64,000 bases of DNA from the human T2T-CHM13v2.0 reference genome, Homo sapiens. This document shows positions 53,721 to 64,000 of the stretch, piece by piece; the first letter of the stretch is position 1; each line of letters begins with the position of its first letter. The stretch lies in NCBI RefSeq assembly GCF_009914755.1, contig NC_060925.1; one strand, given 5' to 3'. The position numbers and the translations under genes were made by a program. The notes under the pieces were generated by a model. That model saw nothing but the letters and a program-made list of their open reading frames with translations, ran no database searches and was not told where the DNA came from.

Positions 53721-56700
53721 ATACGGGCAGGAAAATAAAAAGAAGGTTAGATCCAACATTTTCTTGCCCCAAGCCATATTCAACTCATATTAACGCTAAC
53801 CAACACTTTTGTTTTTAAACCTTGCACTGTATCTAATGCGCCCTTTTTTGAGGTGTGTTGATTTTGTCTTTACACATAGATTAAAGCTAATTTGGAGAAG
53901 AGATGGTGCTTATTACTTCTTTCGTATTCAGAATATGATGCAGTATGGTAATTGTTCAGTAAGTTTTCAGGGAGAAAAGAATGACAATCCATCTAAAATA
54001 GAAGTTGTATATTGTTAGATTTCGCTGCTCTGTGCGTGGCTGGTGACCTTGTTAGAGTTACTTAGCTTCTCTTTGCCTTGGTCTACTGATCTGTAAAATG
54101 GGGAATCATTATAGCATCTAGCAGACAAGAGAAGATGAAATAGGATACTCAAAGTAGTATTTCATTCTAGCAGAAGCAACTTTAAAGCTCAGCAGCATTC
54201 AACAAGGAGGATATTGAGGCTTACAAGACATCTCTCTCTTGACTCTTGGGAAAGTTCAAACAATGCCAAAGCTCTCTTTGAGAAAAAAATAGTATTTTAA
54301 AACAACAGGACTGAGCCTATTTGTTAAATAATTGAACTAAGTTACAGATGAATCCAATGATTGTTATGCTTATTTTTTCACGTATTTTGAGCTACATTTT
54401 CGCATATTTTGTTCTTTTGGTGGAATGACTGTTCCTTCAGAGATGTTAATGTGTCACTTTGTCTATTTATGCAGATTTCTCCTCAAATACTACATTTTAA
54501 AAAATTTTGACCACTTTATCTAAACAATCCACCCATCCCTTTTTATCCCCTCACATAATTTTCTTATTTCAGAGCCTTCAACCGTCTCTGATGTTTGCTG
54601 TGTCTCTTGCTTATTTGATATTTGTCTCCTGCTTTAGATGTATGCTCTGAAAGAACAACAACTTTGTTTTGCCTATCTGTATCCTTAGGATTGTGACAGG
54701 CACAAAGTGTGTGTTCGTTAAACGAATGAAAAAATTACCCATCTCATCCATTTAGAATGAGAGCAGTAGTCTGGGTTCTCTGCTAAAGCAATAATGTTCT
54801 GCAGCTGGAGCTGCTCCAAGGTTTAGCTTCAGAGCCCTTTGTATTTTTTTTATCAACTTAGTGATAAGATGCAGGCACTTATTTGATTACAATCTTCCAT
54901 TTGGTTGCTTTGGAGGATTTACATAATTTTGATATTTACCTGATTTACAGATGAAGAATATGACTAAAGATCTAAGCCGTACCCAAGCCACATATGTTTG
55001 ATAAAAGCTCATCGGAAAATGCTATGATTACAAAATGTAAAGCTCAAAATAATGGAAGGGAACATTCAAGAATGAAACTCAGAGGTTGCAGTGGCAAACT
55101 CGTTTAGCTCGACAATGTCTCCCCTTCATTCTCTTTACCGACAAAAAGGGGTCTTGACCAGTGTGATACCATTTTACCTGAATATCTTATTTTCCCCATT
55201 TAGAATATAAGCCCTTTGAGAGTAGAAATGGCATCACTGAGCGAGTCTTTTTGGGAGGTCACTTTCCCCTATAGTGCCCATTTTTAGGCATTCAATGTTG
55301 AACAAATATTGCTTAAAGAAGAGCATGCCCATCATAGTGTCCCATAAGGATTGCAGGGATATGAGGCTACGATGTTTATCACCATGTGACCTGACCAAAA
55401 AGGTCCTTCCTCATAATTCCATCGGTATCCCTGTCCACAGCAATGATTTCATTGAGTTGGAGATATTTTTTAGTTGCAGAATATTAATAAAATAACAGAA
55501 ACTAATATAATTTGTGGGCAATACACATATTCTAGATTTTTTCCTGAATGCCAGATGTAAATATGGTAGCTAAAAGTAAACAGATATTTAAATTTTTTTC
55601 TCGAATATTCTGAGCAAAACAATGGCCTCAGTTATCTTCCTCATTGTGGTCGTGGCTGGTCTGATTTCAGACATGCAGTGACTGTTAAATAAAATTTTAG
55701 GATGGGCATTAGGGAAAAAAGAAAATTCATAATCACAGAGGTTTGCTAAGGTTGATTAGAGGATTAAGCGTATTTGTAATGAGAATCGTAGCTGAAAGGA
55801 AAATTAATGTATATAAAAATATAAATTGTCATTTCTTGACAAAGCCTTTCTGCTGCAAGTTGAGTGGTCTCCATTTTACTTACAGCCTAGAATTTGAGAA
55901 GGCAGGTGTTTAGGCATGGTACAGCAGTAGAGCATCCAGCACCTTAAGGATTTTTGATAGAGGGAGGAAAGTGCATCAAAGGAGTTTGCTACAGGTGTTT
56001 ACATTAGATGGGATAGGTTCACCTAGCAGGATATGGGGGTAGGGCTGGTGGAAGGAATTTGCTTCTCTTGAAGCTACTGGGGTACTAGAATCAAGGAGGA
56101 ATGGCAGACTCAGCACTGAGCAGAAAACCTTCGTCAAGAAGTCAGAGGAGTTCAAACATATTATCAAATCAAGAGGAGTCAACATGGTGCACTGAGGAAA
56201 GGAGACAAAGATTGAAGAACCAGGAGGATGAGAGTGGGAGACATGTCTGCAAGTGAATATGGGGAGAATGACAGTTTTACTCTAATTCATTGGCACTTTA
56301 TCCTCAAGAGCTGTGTCTGTCCCTGAAATGTAGCCATGCTGACCAGTTTAATGGACCATGTGGGCAAAGGGTAGTAATACTTAGGCTCATTTCAAATGAT
56401 GTTTGCTAATGTGTGTCAAGCAACTTCACATCTGCCATATTTACCTTCCAGGGTCTGTTCCTGCTTTTTATAACAAAACTCACATTTTCCTTGGATAAGC
56501 CAGTCATTTGTCCACTATCAGGCTTTGTACTTTATTTAGCGTTGACTTCACCTGGACTGAGGAGTGCATAGATGACCCAAGCCTGAATACCAAGCTCTAT
56601 GTTCTCCATCACATAAGAGCTAGAGCTAACAGTATTTAAGTTACTCAATGGCTGCCTTCCCTCTGAAGATTAAGCAGCATTTAGAAGACATAAAAATGGT

Positions 56701-57186
56701 AGAAACCATTGCAGCTGCTCTTTATTAAAATTAATATTATTTTAATTGGCAAGTCATAATTGTATACACTGTAGTTGCTCAAAACGAAAAAAAAAAGTTA
56801 AAAGAATGTAGTTCAAACACCAGCACAAAAACTATAAATTAAGAAAAAAAATACCCAACAGACAAAACTCAGGGTGTTTTTGTTTTTGTTGGTCTGTTTT
56901 TAATTCTCTTTTCATTGGACTCTATACATTATCTAAATATATTTTATGAGAATTGCAGTTATTTTCAAGGAAGTTAGTTATAAGATTATGTAAATGACAT
57001 ACTAGCAAAAGTTTATTGAGCATGTACTACTAGTTGGCCCTCTTCTGTGCACTTCATGGGTGTTAATATAATTAACGCCCACACTAACTTTCTGCTGTGC
57101 ACGCTATTATTTGTTCATTATACAGATAAGGAAGCTAAGGCACAGAAAGTTGGAGGAAAGTACCTATGATCACAGACATAAGAAAG

Positions 57187-57632
<446 letters not shown>

Positions 57633-57670
57633 TCAAAGCCCAGTCAAATTTCCAGTAATATAAAAAATTC

Positions 57671-58028
<358 letters not shown>

Positions 58029-59378
58029 TCATGTAGTGAGATACTGAGTCATGTTCTGTGCTAAGAGAGCAGTCTGAAATTAGACTATTTGGGTTCTAAT
58101 ACTTATCTACTTACCAAGTACTAGACTACAAGGAAGTTTTCTGGCTTCTAGGTTCCTCAGTTTCTATATCTATAAACTGTAGGCATGATAGTAGAGACTG
58201 CTTAATAGGCCTACAGATTAATTTAAGGGAAGGCAATATCTAAATCCATAATTTAGAAAATTTAAAACCATATTCTATCTTTTAGTTTTTATATTTTTCA
58301 TATTGTTAGAGGACTGGATTACTAATAGGCTTGGTTCAGATAATCTGTAAGAAAGCATCAACTACCATCAGGCATAGATGATTTACATGAACCTGATGAC
58401 CTTTCATATATACGACTCTGTAAAACTCAATAAAATGAACACATTTCAACTGGAATTTGCTGTCATTTTAAGTAAGCCTCTATCGGTAGTCCTTAAAATG
58501 AGATATATATGACATACTAGCAACAGGCAATAAAAAGGGCACACCAATTGAAAACTACTCATGAATTGATCAGGATGAGAAGAGGGAAATAAAGAGATGT
58601 CTCAAAGGAACCATTCCAACTGTAACTTAATCCTGAAGTCGAAGAGTAGAAGGAGAAAAGAAAACATCATTCAAGTGCTCAGCATTGAATTAGAAGAGTA
58701 GGAAATAGCACTTGTAGAGTACAGAAAGGCAAACACATGGAGAAAAGCCAAGTATTTAACATTTCAGTATAGTGAAGATTACTGTGGCTGCAAATTACCT
58801 GAATTTCCCTACAGGGAATCATGTTCTTTTTTAAAGGAAAGAAGCATAATATAACCAAACTCATTACAATTACACTTCCAAGTAACATTACTTTGAAGAG
58901 TAAATGTGTGCTAAAAGGGACTGCAAAAAGTCTGCCTTTAGTTCATAAAAATATGATTTGGAAAACAAAACCCATGTCTATGAAAGTTAACATTTGATGT
59001 ACTCTATAAAGAACAGCTTGCTTCCAATTTTTAATCTCTTGATAAATAGTCAAAAAAAGGCACTTTAGCCATTATAATTTCACATAGCAAGTGCTACTTC
59101 AAAACATTCAGCCAATTATTCTATAGTGTCATCTGCTATGTTCTAAAGAATTACCAAATAGTCCTAAAGGATGTGTAATTCAGTGAGTTCCTCCATCAGC
59201 ATGTTTAGTGATTAGCTCAAGCACTGAGAGGCCTGAGTTACGTTAAAAAGTTTTTGTTTGGTGCTTATAAAGTATTGTGAATAACCATCCTGCGGGTAAG
59301 TCATCTGTCCTGGCACCAGTTCACCCAAACTGGATGTGTGGTCTGGCCCCTCGGCTGCTCACATTCAGTCCTTGCTAA

Positions 59379-59845
59379 TGATACAGGAGTTAAGAAGAAA
59401 TCACTTAGGCAGATAGTAAAGGTATGGGAGTCCTCGGTAAGCCTTTTCTTTTTAGTAAAAAGCCCCAAATAATTTTCTAACAAAGGGCAAGCATGTAAAA
59501 TCGAGCTGCAGACATAGGTAAACAAGCTGGGTGCTTGCATGGGTGAATGTGGGCAGGAACTAAGGACTGTACATGTTCAAGATGGAGGCTCCATCTTCCC
59601 TTCTCCTTGTCAGCCACTTGTACTGTAAGGCTCAGACAAGATGGAACCAATCAACTGGAAGGCCCATTTGCATAATAAGATTAGGGTGGGGTGACCAGCC
59701 TTCCCCTCCCACTATGTAAATGTCATACTTGATCGAACCAATCTGTGAGCCCTATATAAATCAGACACTGCCTTCTCCAGCCTGCCTGTAAAATCTGCTT
59801 TGGTCCGCTGCCTCCCCACTTTACGGATGTCTCTCTGTCTCTCTG

Positions 59846-59905
<60 letters not shown>

Positions 59906-60052
59906 ACAAGGAGCTGCTCTCCTCTCTCCTTTCTTCTATTAAACTTTCCACTCCTTAACACACCCACATGTGTCTGTGTCCTGAATTCTTTCTTGGCGCA
60001 AGACAACGAGCCCCAGGGTATATACCCAGACAACTATAATGATGTTGCTTCC
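59379..60052 (+). mobile_element. ERV1-class solo LTR (MER61-like), antisense to USH2A
   Basis: Starts 'tgatacaggagttaagaagaaatcacttaggcagatag'; CCAAT 59738-59742, TATATAAA 59753-59760, (CT)n tract, ATTAAA 59938-59943; right end approximate, family name from recall. Confidence 0.7.
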
Positions 60053-60711
60053 TTTTGCCCTCACTTGCCTGGGATCTCACTAAGTGATCCCTTTCGGAGC
60101 ATCTCTGCCTACTGAGATTCCCAGGAACTTCCAGCATCCCCTGGTGATCTTGACTGTGATGGATAGAGCCATATCAGCATTCTACTTAGATCAATCTGAC
60201 AATCTGTGAAAATCCAGATGTTCAAAACTGGTATACAAAGGCATCATGGAATTACTTTACAGACATCTAAGGTACCTTTAAATTAGAATTTGTTTTACAG
60301 GATTTGATTAAGGATTATTTCGGGAGTTCACATGCTAAAGCCATCTTTTCTGGATGGTATCATTCTTCACAATCTCAACAGCTGCCCATTCCACTTACCC
60401 AAGCCAATTTCCTCCCCCCCATTGAGCAGCATTTGTACTGTCCATTTTCTGTATTCATGCTTTATGAATTCAGTTGCTACCTCATATGAACTGAACATCA
60501 AAACATCAAAACAAAGGGACTCTTGCATTGCACATGCCAGTAAGATCACTTCATGACTTTTAGTTCTGACTACTTGCTATAAGCTAACTTGCGTTATTAA
60601 TTCTATATTTCATTTGAAATTCTGGGCCATAGCTTAGGCCCCTCTCTCCAATATCTTCCTGATCCCAAGACGCCTTTCCTAAACAAGTTACTTCTTTGGC
60701 AGACTCTCTTT

Positions 60712-60812
60712 AGATATACATCAGCATTAAGACTATTATTTAGACACCACCAAGGAAAGACCCTTTTTCTTTGGTGGTGTCTAAATAATAGTCTTAATGT
60801 TGATGTATATCT
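60712..60812. repeat. Long near-perfect inverted repeat (49-bp stem, 3-nt loop)
   Basis: Base-by-base pairing of 60712-60760 with 60812-60764: 46 Watson-Crick pairs, 3 G.T; loop CCC at 60761-60763. Confidence 0.97.
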
Positions 60813-61536
60813 GGAATAAATATAACAACAAAAATATAATATGAATTATATCTGTGATATATATATTTTGATTTTAGTGACAGTATTTTAATAAATATTT
60901 TAATAAATACTTTTCCTCTTTCAAGTTCAGTGTTATGCTAGACTGAGGATTCTTCTCTGCATTTCCAGGCAGACTTTTCTTCTCTAAAAACAAAATGTGA
61001 TGTCAGGTGGCAGCAAAATCTGATGTTGCTCAAACGTGAGACAATGAGGACATTGCAGAGGGAAGGGGGTGGCCAGAACTGGAGTGACAAAACAGAACTA
61101 GTATCTGGCAAAGTACATTGGAATATCTGGGATTTAAGGGGAATTTTAAAAAATATCATTGTCTAGGCAGCTATCAATTATAGTTCTTTGGCCTTAATAT
61201 TTTATCAATAGGCAGGTTTTAAAACACAAAAAAGTGGTTGATGCCACACTTTTTTTTTTCTTTTTTTTTTTTACTTTTTTGGTCAGGCACAAATTTAGTT
61301 GTTCTCAGAGTTGAAAAAATGAAAAGAAAACAAATTCTTATCTCTATTTTCACAGGTCCCCAGTGCTTGGTGGTCAGTAATTACATAGTAACTGGGGGGA
61401 ATGCAGCCTGGAGCATTGCAAACAACCATAGAAGAAACTCCCAAAGCTTTTTGAGGACATTATCACCATCCTAGTTTTCTTGCTATCTGTTTTAATTAAA
61501 GAAATATACTGCAGCTAATTCCAGACTGCTGGAGAT

Positions 61537-61708
61537 CAGGGTTGGCTTTGTGGGCTTCGACTGTGCAATCAAACACGGTACCATGCTTGGAAGCACATGA
61601 GCTTACTTCTATGCTCTGCTTCCATTGTCTTGAAATTTTAATGATTTCTGAACAAGGGGCCTGAATTTTCATTTCGCACTGGACCCCACAATTTTGTTGC
61701 CAGATCTG
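61537..61708 (+). mobile_element. MER45A-like hAT-Tip100 element
   Basis: 'cagggttggctttgtggg...gtcttgaaattt...gaacaaggggcc...ttttcatttcgcactggaccccacaa'. Confidence 0.75.
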
Positions 61709-61789
61709 TCTGCGATTTAGATACGTTTGACAGTGGCATTTTTATCTCCATTCAAAACAGAATGTAGTCAAATACTAGTTTACTATTCA

Positions 61790-62000
61790 GTATTTATTCA
61801 TTCGACAAACATTTTTTGAATATATTAAGTACTGTGATAGGTACCAGGAACACAATGGCAAACAGGAAGCTACTGTCTCTGTACTTAAAAAGCATTACCT
61901 ATTACTAAGTGTGGAACAGAGACAAGAGGAAAGGCTATTAGAATAAAATGTGATAATTACTACGAGAGCAAAGATAATATGGGAACACATAGCAGAGTTA
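61790..62000 (-). mobile_element. L2 3'-end relic
   Basis: 'tttattcattcgacaaacattttttgaat...ctgtgataggtaccaggaacacaatgg'. Confidence 0.6.
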
Positions 62001-64000
62001 TCTAAAAATAAAATCCCTTACAAAGAATTTCTACATTTTGTTGTATTGGTGGTTAAAGTATGTTTTCTCTTTTTCCAAGGTGAAGTGTAAGGTATCTGTT
62101 TCAGTATAACATTAGTATTACATTTTCTGCTACAACCAGCATTGTTAGGGTTTGTTCTATTTAGCACACAAAGTTTTCATTAACTTCTAGGAAGATGAGA
62201 AACGAAAGTAAATTATTCTTTCCTTGCTAATTTAATGCTGGTGAGTTTTTCCTTTTAAATGAAATGCAATGATGAGTAATTTCTAATTAATTATTTTGAA
62301 AATAGTTTTCCAGAGTAAGAGACACATAGGCCCTTATTATACGTTATGCTAAACAGGACATGACTAATTCATTTTTTTCTCAGTGGCCTTAATTATTTAG
62401 TTAATCCTTTCTTCTATTCCTAAACTCACATTAGGAGGCCTACGTATAATGTAGAGGTAGCCCAAAGTGAAACAATGCCATAACTGATGTCCAAATTGTT
62501 CTGTACAGGATGGTGGATGTGTTTAGTAATAAATGATATGAAAAGGTCTTTTATTGACAAGCTGCCATGCGCTGTTTGCATTAGCGAATATGAGAAGATG
62601 ATGGCTGCTACTCCTTCGTCCCCATGGTATTCAGCTCAGTGAGATAGCAGAAAACGCTTCAGTTTACTTAAAGCATTGATAACACCTCTAAATAATTAAC
62701 CGAGGACTTCCTGTCTTCAATTACTTAATGCTTTTTTTAACATCTTGAGAGGATTATAAGCAATTTATGGATTTCACATGATGAGTGCATTCGCCACTAT
62801 TCCCACAAAGCATTTACGGGATCATGTTTCTAAAGCTTTGAGGTAATTAAAAATAAGCATGGAGACAATGGGGCCGAGGCAAGGTGCTCCCTTTCCCTCC
62901 TGTCATTCCTAAGGACCTAGATTTTCAGGCTCCAGGACGACTAGTGCTACAGCTTTATTAGTGCTGTGTTGCTTAGGGAATGCCAAGCTTTTGGAAATGA
63001 TGAGAAAATCAAAACATTTATCCTAGGGGGTTCAGGCAGCATTTCCATCAAACATTTAAGATGGAACAGAAAATAAATTTGATTATTTTAGTTCATTCCA
63101 TGAACTCAATAAAACAGTCATTCACACCATAAAATACTTCAGTACTACATTTGGTCAGTCAGCTAACCGTGGAACTGAATTTTCCTGGGCAAATGAGTAA
63201 CATTATATAGATCTCAAGTTTCCGATTATCTAATGCCTAGCACCATTCCTGTCCCCAAAGAACTACATATAGGAGGCTCTGTACTTGGTAAGGTTTTGCT
63301 GAATGAGGACTTATTTCTTTATTCTACAAAGAAACCCCTCTTTAGGGCTGTATTGGGCAAGTGAAATACTCTCTAAATCTATTTAAAACAATATCCATAG
63401 AAATTAAAACAAATCAAAAGTAGAACAGGGAGATTGGTCAAAGGACTCCTAAAGGCTTTTACCAGATTATGATTTTTTACTGTTAAGTAAAAATTAAAAT
63501 TATATTAAAAAACCTTAAAATATTTATGCTAATAATAGGATTTCTGGCACCAAGATACATGTATGAAATCTACTCTGACATAAAAATAGCCATTAAAAAT
63601 GTCAATGAAAGGAAGAACTGGTAGGGTGAAGTTATTTAGAGAAAAATCTTTGCAATTATTTTATAATTAATGAGGCTATCAATCCTGTTGGTTTGAACAT
63701 TACAATTGAATTTGGTCTGTTGGTGTATAAATGCTGATTTCTAAAAAATGCAAACCAATAAAGTAGCAACAATTCGAAGCTGATGCTGGTTAAGTTGATA
63801 GATACTACAAGAAGAAATTTCTTTAGCCTTATATCACAATTATTGTGAAACCTTTGCTGGTACAGTCTTAATGTGCCTAAACTTGCTTTTCAAAACCCTG
63901 TAATTAACATCCCATTGCTTACTCCAAGTGACTCATTTGATTTTTCACCACTGCATCCTGTATAGAGCTCTGTTTTCAGTTATTTCTTTTCTTGTCAGTC

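Overview
Human (primate) genomic DNA lying entirely inside the USH2A (usherin) gene, which runs on the minus strand. Six coding exons with canonical AG/GT ends are present: 53053-53160, 46032-46215, 44967-45124, 29553-29711, 27751-27913 and 14407-14761. They splice into one continuous 1127-nt frame encoding tandem fibronectin type III repeats. Their sizes (108/184/158/159/163/355 nt) match my recollection of exons 56-61. Exons 59 and 60 are absent from the ORF track. The rest is intron: about a dozen Alus (including a young AluYa5 and a Yb-lineage copy), L1 fragments (one with a twin-priming inversion), an MST/MaLR provirus remnant, an ERV1 solo LTR, DNA transposons (MER1B, MER6, MER30, MER45A, MER5), L2/MIR/L3 relics, microsatellites and several enhancer-like unique blocks. 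Repeat subfamily names come from recalled consensus features, not a database search. The most notable unexplained structure is a 49-bp-stem hairpin at 60712-60812 whose only imperfections are G.U pairs on the + strand. It lies about 0.66 kb downstream of a + strand LTR promoter and directly before AATAAA, making it a candidate antisense hairpin-RNA unit. Other notable structures are several template-switch scars, a 47-bp inverted copy captured from 3.5 kb away, and an old ~260-bp duplication that preserves the empty site of an L1. No prokaryotic-type systems (CRISPR etc.) are present.
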